This document shows positions 1 to 13,752 of a stretch of DNA of 64,000 bases, piece by piece. The notes below the pieces were generated by a model. The model saw nothing but the letters and a program-made list of their open reading frames with translations. It searched no databases and had not been told where the DNA came from. Position 1 is the first letter of the stretch, and every line of letters starts with the position of its first letter. Made by a program: the position numbers and the translations under genes. This stretch comes from Hemiscyllium ocellatum (taxonomy: Eukaryota), in contig NC_083401.1 of NCBI RefSeq assembly GCF_020745735.1, forward strand, positions 60,757,740 to 60,821,739, in the 5' to 3' direction.

Positions 1-14
1 CGTGTTTTGCAGAG

Positions 15-235
15 AAACAGCAATGCTATCTCTGGTGTCCAGGTCTATAAATATTTACCTCTCAATTAACAACACAAGAAACAGATTATCTGATCATTAT
101 CACATTTATAATAATTTTTTATCTACAAAGTTGGCTGCTGAGTCTCCTATATTATAGCAGTGCAGTGCATTAGAAGTGCCTGAAAAGCACTCAGAGATGT
201 CTGACAGTCATGAGAAGTATGATACAATATTTCTT
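15..235 (+). mobile_element. Degenerate Deu-domain SINE (SacSINE1/AmnSINE1-like), 3' part
   Basis: AAACAGATTATCTGATCATTATCACATT and TTGGCTGCTG match the recalled Deu-domain consensus. Confidence 0.55.
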
Positions 236-422
236 CATTTGATTGATGCCAGCTCCAAGATAGAGTTGGGCATGGATTAATGAACATGGATTCAATGGCA
301 AAAGTTTGCATAAGGTGCCTCATTTCTATTTTACTCTAATTGGAGATAGCTGGTTACCAAATTTCAAAAAGGTAAAGTTTGGCAGAGTTAGGTAAAGTTC
401 GTGGATTTCAAGAAATGAACAA

Positions 423-852
423 TTAGAGAGCCATAGAGATGTACAGCATGGAAACAGACCCTTCGGTCCAACCCATCCATACCGACCAGATATCCCAACC
501 TAATCTAGTCCCACCTGCCAGCACCTGGCCCATATTCCTCCAAACTTTTCCTATTCATATACCCATCCAAATGCCTCTTAAATGTTGCAATTGTACCAAC
601 CTCCACCACTCCCTCTGGCAGCTCACTCCATACACGTACCACCCTCTGTGTGAAAAAGTTGCCCTGTAGATCTCTTTTATATCTTTCCCCTCTCACCCTA
701 AACCTATGCCCTCCAGTTCTGGACTCCCCGACCCCAGGGAAAATACTTTGCCGATTTACCCTATCAATGTCCCTCATAATTTTGTAAACCTCTATAAGGT
801 CACCCCTCAGCCTCCAACGCTCCAGGAAAAACAGCCACAGCCTGTTCAACTC
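423..852 (-). mobile_element. CR1 LINE 3' fragment (family A)
   Basis: ORF2 C-terminus RLRGDLIEVYKIM...FFTQRVVRVW on - plus the 3' tail shared with other family A copies. Confidence 0.9.
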
Positions 853-880
853 TAAGCTATTAAATTGATCATTTAAATCC

Positions 881-1221
881 TTAGAATCCCTACAGTGTGG
901 AAGCAGGCTATTCAGCCCAGCAAGTCTACACCAACCCTCTGATGAGCATCCCACCCAAACCTATCCCCCTACTCTATCCCTATAGCCCTGCATTCCCCAT
1001 CATTAACGCATCTAACCTACACATCCCTGAACACTATGGGTAATTTACCATGGCCAATCCAGCTAACTTGCACATTTTTGAACTGTGGAAGGAAACGGTG
1101 GAAAGCCATGCACACACAGGGAGAGCATGGAAATTCCACACAGTCACCAGAGAGTAGAGTCAAACCAGGTACCTGGCACTGTGAGGCAGCAGTGCTAGCC
1201 ATTGAGCCACAATGCCACCCC
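881..1221 (-). mobile_element. HE1-type tRNA-derived SINE
   Basis: On -: A-box-like TGGCTCAATGG, GCACTGCTGCCTCACAG core and CCACACTGTAGGGATTC tail. Confidence 0.85.
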
Positions 1222-1529
1222 TGAATAATATAAATGAGTAATTAATAAAAATGGCCATTGAAAAATGTGAAGCGACAAAGCTAACTAAGAAACTAGTTTT
1301 GAGCTTTTCTGACAAAGAAGCAGAGCAGAGATGTCAGCATTACAGTGAAAAGGCAGGAGAAAGGCGCCAGGTCAAAATGCTCACTTAGCAAGTGGGTGCA
1401 GACAGAATGGACTGAATGGCCTCCATTTGAACCATAGCAATGCTATGACTGTTTGAAAGAGAGAGACAGATTAGGTCCTAACTGCTGTTCCATAGAAGGG
1501 AAGGGGACCAAGGTCAAGCGAAGAAAGTG

Positions 1530-4500
1530 AAAAGAAAAGAAAATGTACAGCCCAGGAACAGGTCCATCGGCCCTCCAAGCCTGAGCATATCCAAATCTAT
1601 TGTCTAAACTGTTGGTCAAAGTCTAAGCATCTGTATCCCTCTGCTCCCCACCTACTCATGCATTTGTCCAGACCCATCTTAAATGAATCTACCATGCCTG
1701 CCTCTACCACCTCTGCTGGCAATGCATTCCAAACACCCACCACCCTCTGTGTGAAGTACGCACTACGTGATCCTCCTTAAACTTTCCACCTCTCACCTTG
1801 AAAGCGTGACCTCTTGTTGTTGAATCCTTCACCCTGGGAAAAAGCTTGTCTCTATCCACCTTGTCTATACCTTCATGATTTTGTAAACTTCAATCAGGTC
1901 CGCCCTCAATCTCCTTTTTTCTAATGAAAATAAACCTAATCTACTCAACCTCTCTTCATAGCTAGCACCTTCCATACCAGGCAACATTCTCGTAAACCTT
2001 CTCTGCACCCTCTCCAAAGCGTCCACATCCTTTTGGCGACCAGAACTGTACACAGTATTCTAAATGCGGCCGAACCAATGTCTTGTACAATGTTAACATG
2101 ACTTGTCAGCTGTTATACTCAATACCCCGTCCAATGAAGGCAAGCATACTATATGCCTTCTTGACCACTCTACCCACCTGTGCAGCAACCTTCAGGGTAC
2201 AATGGACCTGCACTCCCAGATCTCTCTGCCCATCAACTTTTCTCAAGACTTTTCCATTCATTGTATAATTCACTCTAGAATTAGTCTTGCCTAAATGCAT
2301 CACCTCATATTTGTCCGGATTGAAATCCATCTGCCACTTTTCCACCCAACTCTCCAGTCTATCTATATCCTCCTGTATTCTCTGACAGTCCCTTATGCTT
2401 TCTGCTACTCCACTAATCTTCATGTCATCTGCAAACTTGCTGATCATACCAACAGTGCCCTCTTCCAGATCATTTATGTATATTACAAACAACAGTGGCC
2501 CCATAACTGACCCCTGTGGATGAACACTGGTCACCTTTCTCCATGTCGAGAAACTCCCTTCAACTACTACTCTCTGTCTCCTGTTGCTCAACCAGTTCTT
2601 TATCCACCTAGCTAGAACACCCTGCACACCATGTGACTTCACTTTTTCCATTAGTTTACCATGGGGAACCTTATCAAATGCCTTGCTAACATCCATGTAT
2701 ATGATATCAACAGCCCTTCCTTCATCTATCAACTTGGTCACTTCCTCGAAGAACTCTATTAAGTTGGTAAGGCACGGTCTCCCCCGCACAAAACCATGTT
2801 GCTTATCACTAATAAGCCCATTCTTTTCTAAATAAAAATAGTCCCTATCCCTCAGTACCTTCTTCAGTAACTTTCCCACCACTGATGTCAGGCTCACTGG
2901 TCTGTTGTTACCCGGAATATCCCAACTACCCTTCTTGTACAGGGGGACAACATGAGCAACCCTCCGGCACCTCACCTGTATTTAACGAGGCCACAAAAAT
3001 AACTATCAGGGTCCCAGCTATTTCCTCTCTCGCCTCCCTCAGCAACCTGGGATGGATCCCATCCGGTTCTGGGGATTTGTCCACCTTAATAACCTCTAGC
3101 CTACCCAACACATCTTCCCTACTTATGTCAACGTGATCCAGACTAATCACACTTCTATCTCTAATCTCAACATTCATCATGTTCCTCTCTTCAGTGAACA
3201 CTGATGCAAAGTAATCATTCAGAATCTCACCCATTCTCTCAGTTTCAGCACACAGCCTTCCTTCATTATCCTTTAGTGGACCAATCGTTTCTCTAGTTAG
3301 CTGCTTGCTTCTTATATAAGAATAAAATCTTTGGGATTCTCCTTAATTCTGCTCACTAAAGCTATTTCATGACCCTTTTTAGCCCGCTTGTTTCCTCGAT
3401 TAAGACTTGTCCTACTCTTCCGATATTCCTCCAGGACCTGTTCTGTTCTTAGCTGCCTAGACCTTATGTACGCTTCCCTTTTCCTCTTGGCTAGTCATAC
3501 AATTTCTCCTGTCATCCATGGTTCACAAATCTTGCCTTTACTATCCTTAGCCTTCAATGGGACATGCCTATCCTGCACTATCTTTAAACTATCTTTGAAA
3601 GCCTCCCACATCTCACACGTGGACTTCCCTTCAAATAGCTGTGTCCAATCCACATTTCCGAGCTCCTATCTAATTTTGATATAATTGACCTTGGTCTAGT
3701 ACTCTTCCCTTAGGACCATTCTCTCCTTTATCTACGAGTATTCTAAAACTTTCAGAAATGTGGTCACTGTTCCCAAAGAAATCCCCCAGCGCAACTTCTA
3801 CCATCTGTCCTGGCTCGTTCCCCAATACTAGGTCCAATATGGTCCCTTCCCTCGTCAGACTATTGACATACTGCTCTAGAAAACTCTCCTGGACGCTTCT
3901 TACAGATTCTACCCCATCCAGACCTCTGATGCTAAGTATATCCCAGTCAATGTTGGGAAAATTAAAATCTCCCATCACCACGACCCTATTGCCTCTACAT
4001 CTTTCCATAATCTGTTTACCCATTTGTTCTTCTACCTCACGCTCACTGTTGGGAGGCCTGTAGTGCAGCCCCAACAGTGTAACTGCACCCTTCTTATTTC
4101 TCAGCTCTACCCATAGTGCCTTATTACCCAAGACCTCCACAGTGTGCTCCTTTAGCACAGCCGTGATATCGTCCTTGACCAGCAATGCTACTCCACCACC
4201 CCCCTCCCTTTTACTTTCCTCCCTGTCTTGTATGAAGCATCTATATTCTGAAACATTTAATTGCCAATCATCATGCCCTTCCTTCAACCAAGTCTCTGTG
4301 ATTACAATAACGTCATACTCCCAGGCACCAATCCAAGCCCTAAGTTCATCTGCCTTACACACTATAGTCCTTACATCAAAGTAGATGCATTTCAGGCCAC
4401 CAGTTTTTTTTGTGCTCACCAGCTCTCTTCCTATTTTTCCCTTTATTAATGCTGTCTTCATGATTCTTACAGTCTCTAGTCTCCACCTTGCTGCCTACTT

Positions 4501-5045
4501 GTTTAATCTTCTGGTTCCCAGCCCCCTGCCATATTAGTTTAAAACCTCCCCAACTGCAGTAGCAAAAGCTTCCCCAAGGACGTTGGTTCCGCTCTGGTTC
4601 AGATGTAGACCGTCCATTTTGTAATAGTCCCACCTTCCCCAGAACCAGTCCCAATGTCCAACAAATCTGAACCCCTCCCTCCTACACAGTCTCTCAAACC
4701 ACGTGTTCATCCTGCCTATTTTTTCATTTCTATGCTGGCTAGTATGTGGCACTGTTAGTAATCCTGAGACCACTACCTTTGAGATCCTCCTCTTTAACTT
4801 CTCTCCTAGCTTCCTGAATTCTTCTTTCAGGACCTCATCTCATTTTATACTTATATCATTGGTGCCGATATGCACCAAGACAAATGGCTGTTCACCCTCC
4901 CCTTTTAGAAAGCTCTGCAGCCGATCGGTGACATCCCTGACCCGAGCAGCTGGGAGGCAACACACCATCTGAAAGTCCCATTTTCAGCCACAGAACCACC
5001 TATCTACTCCCCTTACAATAGAATCCCCTATGACTATGGCCTTCT
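1530..5045 (-). mobile_element. CR1 LINE (family B), 5'-truncated, with the ORF1 SGNH-esterase part, APE endonuclease and RT; disrupted
   Basis: On -: AIVIGDSIVRG and DGLHLN (ORF1), ITETWL...GDFNFP...SDH (APE, 3670-4461), KAFDKVPH...QGSVMGP...KFADD (RT, 2106-2975); frameshifts and stops; (TTTTC)n tail at about 1530. Confidence 0.95.
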
Positions 5046-5633
5046 GAACACCAGCGCCCGAGTTCAACAGGGTTTAACTAACATTGATCTTGTTTTGCTT
5101 CCAGTAGTGCAGACTCTGAGCTAGCCTTAATGAGATTCATATTAAATCAAGGATTGGAAGCAGATTGTTTTTCAGCTTGGAATCACTGCTCGTTCCACCC
5201 TAATTTGTGGATAAGGGGTTTTTGGAGAGAGAGGAGCATTCACAGTCTCTCTTATGGCATGCAGGTACCTTGTCATTCCCGATATTGACTTGGAGTCTCT
5301 CCACCCCTCCTCTCACTACAGCCAGCTGGCAGGCAGGCCAACCCTTGTGGTGTCTCCCCGACTTGGACAGGCATGCTGTCGATGTTCCTTGTGTGCAGGT
5401 CTGAATGAAGCTACTCAAATTTCTTCCAATCAGAGGCTATTTCTCTCCCTCATGTATTGCAAATGAGGAGCATCTTCTTGCAGTCTTTCACTTGGACGCA
5501 CTGTGTTTGGAACCTGGAGGCTGGTGATTAGACGGAGGCCTCACACCAGCAAATGGGACCAAGTGAAATACCTCTCCTCCACTTCTACATCAGCTCCCAA
5601 TACTTAGTCTCCAATACCAAATAAAAAGTTTCT

Positions 5634-5948
5634 ATTAGAATTCCTACAGTGTGGAAACAGGTCCTTGGGCCCACCAAGTGCACACCGACCCTCCAAAGAA
5701 TAACCCACCCAAACCCATTCCCCTATCCTATATTTGCCCCTGACTAATGTATCTAACCTACACATCCCTATGGGCAATTTCGCTCGGCCAACTGATCTAA
5801 CCTGCACATCTTTGGATTGTGGGAGGAAACCAGAGCACTCGGAGGAAACCCACGCAGACACGGGGAGAATGTGCAAACTCCACATAGGCTGGAATTGAAC
5901 TCGGGTCCCTGGCGCTGTGAGGCTGCAGTGCTAACCGCTGAGCTGCCC
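5634..5948 (-). mobile_element. HE1-type SINE
   Basis: tRNA-like head, GTGGAGTTTGCACATTCTCCCC core and CR1-like tail. Confidence 0.9.
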
Positions 5949-6494
5949 TATGTAGCACACCCACATAATAATAGCCTATAGATCATTTGGCAGCCTGAGA
6001 GCAGATGAATTAGAGTTCCATCATCTCTGTCTCAGACTGATTGATCCCAAATCAGAGACATTTGTTATTTCCGTACAGTGATGAAGAGAAAATTATTCAC
6101 AGTTCTGGAATTCTATGAAAGAGTGCATTGACAGAGGTTAGGAAGCTAGACTCTCATCCACCTAAATGGATGGATAGTGCTGTATCCATTGTCAAATAGA
6201 AAAGAGGAAGCTTTTTAACAAGATAGCAGAATTTCTGAGTTAAGCTATTAAATCACTTGCTTAACTATTTTGTGTCAGAGTTAGTAAACCAATAGAATCT
6301 GCTTACTGTGACACAGATAGAGTACTCATGGAAGGTGCTCTGTCATTTTAGGTCACATTTTGTAGGAGAGAAATCAAGTACCTTGCCCTCCCCTGCCCCT
6401 CTAGAGAGACACACACACATACACCACATAAAGGGAATACTAGAAAATGGTGCAAGAACAGGTGTCGACAATGGCTCAGTGATAGTACTGCCAT

Positions 6495-6660
6495 TTCCAG
6501 GTCAGAAGATTTAAGTTCTAATTCAAGAGTTTAAATGTTCAAGAGAGGTGTTAAACTAAGACCTTGTCTATTCTCTCAGATACACATAATAGGTCCCATT
6601 GCACTATTCAGAATGAACAAGGGACAGGTGTTGGTGTTCAGACCAACATTTAACCCTCAG
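6495..6660 (+). mobile_element. Degenerate Deu-domain SINE fragment
   Basis: GTTAAACTAAGACCTTGTC...CCCATTGCACTATTC...CCAACATTTAACCCTCA resembles the recalled Deu core. Confidence 0.45.
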
Positions 6661-6756
6661 TTCAGTTAGGCAGATGAGTTGAGGATGCAGCTTTACTCAT
6701 GGAAAATGCTATCACAGAGACATGTCAGATTGGAGGTCATAATGGAAAAGGCTTAG

Positions 6757-7397
6757 AGGAGAAGGTGTTTGGTGTGCTTTCCTTTATTGGTCAGAATATT
6801 GAGTACAGGGTCATGTTGCAGTGGTACAGGACATTGGTTAGGCCACTTTTGGAATATTGCGTGCAATTCTGGTCTCCTTCCTAACGGAAAGATGCTCTGA
6901 AACTTGAAAGTGTTCAGAAAAGATTTACAAAGGTGTTGCAGAGTTGGAGGATTTGAGCTACAGGGAGAGGCTGAACAGGCTGGGGCTGTTTTCCCTGGAC
7001 CGTCGGAGGCTGAGGGGTGACCTGATAGAAATTTACAAAATTATGAGTGGCATGGATAGGATAAATAGACAAAGTCTTTTCCCTTGGTGGGGGAGTCCAG
7101 AACTAGACGGCATAGGTTAAAGGTGAGAGGGGAAAGATATAAAAGAGACCTAAGGGGCAACTTTTTCACACAGAAGGTGGTACGCGTATGGAATGAGCTG
7201 CCAGAGGAAGTGGTGGAGGTTGGTACAATTGCAACACTTTAAAGGCATTTGAATGGGTATATGAATTGGAAGGGTTTGGAGGGATAAGGGCAGGGTGCTG
7301 GCAGGTGGGACTAGATTGGGTTGGGATATCTGATCAGCATGGACGGGTTGGACCAAAGGGTCTGTTTCCATGCTGTACATCGCTATGACTCTATGAC
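6757..7397 (+). mobile_element. CR1 LINE 3' fragment (family A)
   Basis: [19 protein letters not shown] motif and a CTATGACTCTATGAC tail. Confidence 0.9.
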
Positions 7398-7685
7398 AGG
7401 AAGTAAAGATTCTGCACTGGGGGAAGGCAGACTTTAGTATGTTAAGACAGGATCTGACCAAAGTGGACTGGAATCAGCTGTTTGCAGAAAAATCTACATC
7501 AGAGCAGGGGAGTCGTTCAAAAGGGTAATAGTGAAAGTAGAAAGCCAACATGTGCTTGTACAGTTGAAGAGCGAGACTAACAAATCAAGAGAACTCCAAA
7601 TGTCAAGGAATGTACAGGATTGGATAAGAAAAAAAAGAGCAATGGAAAGGTAGATGCCAAGGACTTAAAACAGCAGAAAATGCAG

Positions 7686-8352
7686 TTAGAGTCATAGTGA
7701 TGTACAGAATGAAACCAGACCCATTCAGTCCAAATCGACCATACCAATCAGATATCATAAATTAATCTGGTCCCATTTGCCAGCATTTGGCTCATAACCC
7801 TCTAAACCCTTCCTGCACATATACCCATGCAGATGCCTTTTAAATGTTGTAATTGTACCAGCCTCCACCATTTCCTCTGGCAACTCATTCCAGACACGTA
7901 CAACCTTTGCATGAAAATGTTGCCTCTTAGGTCCCTTTTAAGTCATTTCCCTCTCACCCTAAACCTATGCCCTCTAGTTCTAGACTCCCCCACCCCAGAG
8001 AAAAGACCTTGTCCACCTACCCTATCAATGCCCATCATGATTTTACAAACCTCTATGAGATCACCCCTCAGTTTATGATGCTCCAGGAAAAACAGCCACA
8101 GTCTATTCAGCCTCTCCCTCCATCCCTCCAACCCAGGCAACATCCTTGTAAATCTTTTCTGAACCCTTTCAAGTTTCACTACATCCTTCCTTTAGGAGGG
8201 AGACCAGAATTGTATGCAATATTCCAAAAATGGTCAAAGTAATGTCTTGTACAGCCTCTCAACTCCTATACTCAATGCTCTGACCAATAAAGGAAAACAT
8301 ACCAAACACCTTCGTCACTATCCTATCTATTTGAGACTCCACTTTCAAGAAA
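7686..8352 (-). mobile_element. CR1 LINE 3' fragment (family A)
   Basis: [15 protein letters not shown]...LRGDLIEV on -. Confidence 0.9.
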
Positions 8353-9025
8353 CTCCATTAGTGTGAGAGAATGGGGTTGAATGGATGAGAGTGTGTCAGC
8401 CAAGCTGGCTATGTACCACAGCTGCTCTGTGCTATGACATTATTGGTAAGGGACGACACCAGACTGCCAATGTTTGTACGGGTGCTCAGCAACCTTTTAA
8501 AGATGGTGATACTGGTCTTTTGGCAAGTTTTGGTAAGATGGAGTAAAGTAGATATGAAGAATGCCATAGGAATAGGGTAGGTGCTTAATGAGACAAGTTG
8601 GAAAGATACAGTGAGAGAACATACCAGGCTTCATTGCAAAAATCCTTCCAAAAGAAGCTCAACAAACTAACACTTACTCAAAAAAAGTAAGATCCAGCTC
8701 ATTTTGTCAGAGCTTTTCATTTTGCCATCATAAGGACCATTACAAGAACATCAGACTAAGCTAAAAACCAACATTTATGCAATATGAGAGAAATGCAACA
8801 TGAAAAACTTTGACAATTCTTTTCAGCAATATAGCACTCCCAAATGACTTTTTCAAATTTTAAGACTTTTGCTTGAGCAAACAAACTGAAAGCAACATCA
8901 ACTAAACATTAATTAGCAGGCGAATAATATTTTAAGCTAGACAAAAGATAACCCATAATAATGTCTAAACACCACTGATAACCACAATTTATATGCTTTA
9001 CAGCATGCTCTCTGCAGAATTACAG

Positions 9026-9276
9026 ATCAAGGAACTGTGCCATCTTCAGCAACAGGATCGAGAATTAGTAGGGCAATGGTGGCATCACTTGGAGCTGTCA
9101 CTGTTTCCCTCAACGTCAACAGTAGGTCCTTTCAGGCAGAAACAGGAAACATAACACACATTTCCCAGTTCACCAGCCAATCCTACATCAGGGAGTTGAC
9201 AGAGATCCTCTACCCGAGGAGAGAGGGTCTCTACTCAGAGAGAAGCAGGAGGAGCCAAGACCATTGGCACATTTGA
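9026..9276 (+). mobile_element. Degenerate PIF/Harbinger transposase fragment
   Basis: VTVSLNVNSRSFQAETGNITHISQFTSQSYIRELTEILY resembles the recalled HARBI1-type segment ALGFYTSGSFQ...GISQASMSRCVANVTEAL. Confidence 0.55.
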
Positions 9277-9843
9277 GAAAAACTTTCTCTTGCCTGTTGT
9301 ACAATTTCGTGGCCCTCTCCTTGCAGCCACTTACAACTACTTGTAGTCAGTGGTATCTTCTGTGTAATGAGTACAATTCTCCTTAAAGAGGGGCAGGGCC
9401 AGCTGAAACACATGTTGGGCACATGTGCCCGATAGAATGTTCAATCTGCCAGGATCATAGGTTACATTCAATTAATTCTGCAAGCATTGAAATAATCAGG
9501 TAGCATGTAGTTTACATACTGCCTGCCTCAACAATATCTGGGTGCAGGCTGGTCATAAATGCAACTGGAACAATCCAACTTTTTGCCTTTAATGATTTTT
9601 TTGCAACCTTAATTGTACTTATAAGCTTTATAACGCAGGTAGGAGCTCAGAAATTATGTTTCCACCAATTGCATAATTTCTTCTTCCTGTTCCAACTGTA
9701 GGAAGGACAGGGTTAGTACCGTATAAGGCATGGGTTATCCTGTCATTCCAGTACTGACCATTGCAGATTGACTTAATTATGATCCAATATATAATGAGAT
9801 TTGAAACATGATAATATTGCCTGATGCTTATTTTTTTCTGCAG

Positions 9844-12800
9844 CTGTGGACAGATTATCAACGCTCACCTCATCATCTTCCAAAGATTTGAATTTGGTAG
9901 AAACTGATACTGTAGAACTTGAACAAAATATGGTTGCCAACAAAAACAGTGCACAAATGATGGAGGACTTCCTGCAGAACAGAACAACAAACTTGAAAGT
10001 GCAGCCTCTGGAAAAACGTACTGTGGACAATGTAGTGGAGAACAAAGTAGATTCACAGGATTGCAGTACCTTGCCACACGGTAACAAACCTGACATCCCA
10101 GTTACAGATATTGATGATGTTATAAATCAGCTAGATTTTGCTGAGGGTGACATCCCAAATAGTTTGTCTTTGAATTCGGAAAGGAGCCAAGTTGATGTTG
10201 CTGCTCATACAATAAAAGCTACCAACAACACAAATTGTATCAGTAATAAAGGTGATTCTTTAATAGATATCAAACAGGAAGTTCTTGACTACTCTGTTCT
10301 GAATTCAGTCAACACAGGAAAAGTATTTTCAGTAAACAAAACATGTCTGACTAACTATTCCAGAAACTTAAGAACTGAGAAGAAGGACAAACTATTGGGT
10401 TTAACAGCCAACAAGGAAAATAGGAAACAACAATCTATGTATGCTGCTGCAGTGGACTCTGATTCAGAGACTGAATCTTTGGATAGCCCTCACTCATCCT
10501 GTACTAAAGTGGGTTTACCTGGAGATGTTGGTTTCACTCAATGTGAAAGCCTCAGTATTGCAGATTCAGATACGGAAGAGGTTGAAATCTGCTTCCAGCC
10601 TAGTGATCAAGCTCAAATATCACAGCAATGTGTGCAACTCCCAACAAATCTGAACCAAGAGGTTGTGCACGAGAGTGATTTGCCAACGACTAGGCTTGCT
10701 CCAGAAGCAAGTAAGGAGACAATTTCGGCAGATAAAAAGACAAATTCAAATCTGCCTTCTTCATCCCATGAAAATGAGCATAGTTTAAGCTATTGCTCAT
10801 CACCTTCCAATTTTGATATGACTGGGATAGAGATTGCCAAACAGAGTCCAATGCTAAACTCTGTGAATCATAGACTTGCTGAACCAATCAAATCTGAAAG
10901 CACGAGTATCCTTACAGCTTCTCTTTTAAATGATTCACAAAATAAACAAGTGGGATTTGATCCTTCTTCCAAGCAGGATCTACCAATAAATTCTTTGGAA
11001 GACACAGATATGATAACCTTACATAATCAAAATGATTCAGACAAAGGCCAATGTATCAAAGAAGTCACTAGAGAATTTGATGAAAAGTTGGAACATCACA
11101 GTGATTCTGACTTTTCTGCATCAAGACTTCAGTCAGAATCATGTTTGGAATTGAATAGGACAGACCATGATTTTACTTCATCGCTAGATTCCTTGGAGCA
11201 TTCTGAAAATGCAGAAGTTACAAAAGCAAGTCATGATTCCTTGTATCCAGTGCCCAAGCCCAGGTTATCCGCTACAAGTAAGCCAAGTCTGGGTACTCAG
11301 GATGTTGCCTTATCCATGATTCAGGTCAGAAAAGAAAGACTGACTTTGTCAGGTAGTGGCAAAGATTCTAATCTCCCGCCACAAAGACAAAATCAGTTCA
11401 AACAATCCTTTGGCGCACAAGTTGTGAAATCGTCCATGCCACCTGGAGGACAAAATGAAAGTGGTACAGCATCTCAAATGTGTACTAGATCAAAGTTTCA
11501 GGACAAAGCCCAGAAGTTTTATTCAGCACCAAAATTAAAGGGGCTCAGCATTAAAAGTAAAAACAAACCACCATCTGAAACCAATGAGAAGAATGCAACA
11601 AAATCTGAAGGATTCAAAAAATCAGAAACATTGCAGAAATGTTCAGAAAAGTTACCAGTTTGTGATCATCAATTATCAAAACTCTTCACTAAAAGAGCAT
11701 CCCTAATATGCAATATAAAAGCAAATAAACATCCTGAGAAAAATAAATCCGAAACAAAGAATGAGAAAGAAGTCTGTAATGTTCCTGTGTATTCTTCGGG
11801 AGAACAGCTTTCAGTGCACTTACCAGTAGATACTGGACTTCAAACAAGAGAGAAAAATAAGGGTGAGACAAAGACCTCCAATATCACAGGTAAAGTGGAT
11901 TTGTGCAATGAACAGCAAAGACAAGCTTTGAAAGAAGATCCTAAAAAACAAAAAGAGACAGGTCAACAATTAATACTGGATCATAAACTAAAAGAGAAAG
12001 AACCCAAAGAAACTGTATGGATTAAAGATCCTCATAAACCATCTGGGGAATCAGAAAAATATAGAAATGAAGAAAGCATTTCCCAAGTCTCCAGTGAAAC
12101 ATTGGCTAAACTACATATAAGATCTCCAGTGGAATTATGTGAGAATGTTAACATGACCAACAAAAATCAGGACAAATTGGCTCAGGAATCACAGAGAGTA
12201 GAGCAGGAAGCTTTACGAAAAGAACTGCTGGAGGAAAATTTACCACCTTCAGGATATAAATCATTGGAAGACTCGACTGTTCTCTCTTCAACTTCATTAC
12301 ATGAGGATGATCCTGAATGCATAGCAACCCGACGGAGCTTTATTGAATTAAAACTCACATCACCTCCATTGGAAAGAAAAGAAATTAATAACATGGCTAC
12401 CCCTACAGAGCTTTTAGAGCACAAGTCAAAGAAATCGTCTATAGTTGAGGATAATGCCCAGAAACCAAAAATAGCTCCAAAACCTCCTGTGGGCTTTGAA
12501 CAGAGACCAGATCAATTAAGTAGTGATGACACACAATTTGATAAGAATCCATCTGAATCCTATCCCATTAAAACTTCTCAAAGACAGAAACTGTTACCGG
12601 AGAGAAAGGTAATATCATTTGACACATCACAATTGCACACCACTGTTAAAAGTATAGATAATGTTCAACCAAATGTTGAGGCAACAGGAACCTTAAAGAA
12701 ATCTTTGAGTGAAGAAAAGTACTCCAGCACTGATTTTATCTTTTATCAAAGAGACAAGGACAAATCAAGGATTGGAAGTTTAACAAATGAGCTGAATTGT

Positions 12801-13633
12801 CCACCAGAAGGAGGCTCTTTTACTGTCAGACAGAGAATTAAGTCTTTTGAGAGCCTGGCGAGCTTTGACAAACCAGTAATCAGGAAAATAGACACCCATT
12901 TTCTCGACTCATCCTTTGTTATTTGCAATACCAACTCCTCTACCAAGCCAGCAATAGGAAGGCGAATATCAGGAAGTGCAATACCTCTAACAGCATCGAA
13001 CATTTCATCTATTCGAAACTTTGATGCATCACGTGCCTTGAGACGTAGTTTGAGCTCCTACACTGAAGGAAGGTCTGAGGTTGCCTTTCCATCATCACAA
13101 TTAGAAAAGTCTCCATCTGGTGTGGCTTTTCTCAACTTTGAATCAAATTATTCGAAGAACCATACTGAGGAAGTTAAAAAGGAATGTGAGTCCAGTAGCG
13201 AAAGGTCTCAGGAACAAGGTTTAAATTCATGCAAAGTTAACAACAGTAAAAGTAGATCGTCAGTCAACCATCGACCAAATGCTTTGTCTCGGTCCAAGCT
13301 GCGGGAACTGAGAGCATTAAGCATGCCAGATCTTGACAAATTGTGCAGTGATTATTCTAGTGATCCAATGACCCAGAGTTTTAAAACTGAACTGGAAGTC
13401 AAGCCAAGAACATCTATTGGTCTTGCTGCTGAAAGCCTTACAAATGTGTCTTCTGGAACTGCTTCTGCTACCAGTGGTTCAGGTTTAGTGAAAATCTATA
13501 GATCTGGAATTTCTAATTTCAGATCAAAGAATTCCTGGAAAAGCAGCAATGGAACACTAGATTCGTGGTCTGATGATGAGCTGGCAAATAATAAGAATTT
13601 GTCAGAGAACAAAGGCAGAAGTTGGTCAGTCAG
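9844..13633 (+). CDS. PDZD2: PDZD2 giant internal coding exon (3790 nt), Ser/Lys/Glu-rich and largely low-complexity
   Basis: Acceptor tttttttctgcag|CT at 9843/9844; open frame of about 1260 codons; donor AG|GTTAGT at 13633/13634. Contains FTVRQRIKSFESL, LRELRALSMPDLDKLC, FKTELEV and RSWSV, recalled from vertebrate PDZD2. Confidence 0.93.
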
Positions 13634-13752
13634 GTTAGTGAGAATAATGCCTGAAGCTGCATATTGGATTATATTGGTTTAAAATAGAGAATGCAGGTCG
13701 TTCTGGTATAATGTGCATTTTGTCAACACAAATTGGCTGTAATACAATTGAT

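Noticed and set aside
9846-13682. The 1278-aa ORF as a stand-alone single-exon gene ending RLVRIMPEAAYWIILV
   Set aside because: It starts at GTG right after a splice acceptor, and a donor at 13634 splices in frame to the next exon. The last residues are intron read-through.
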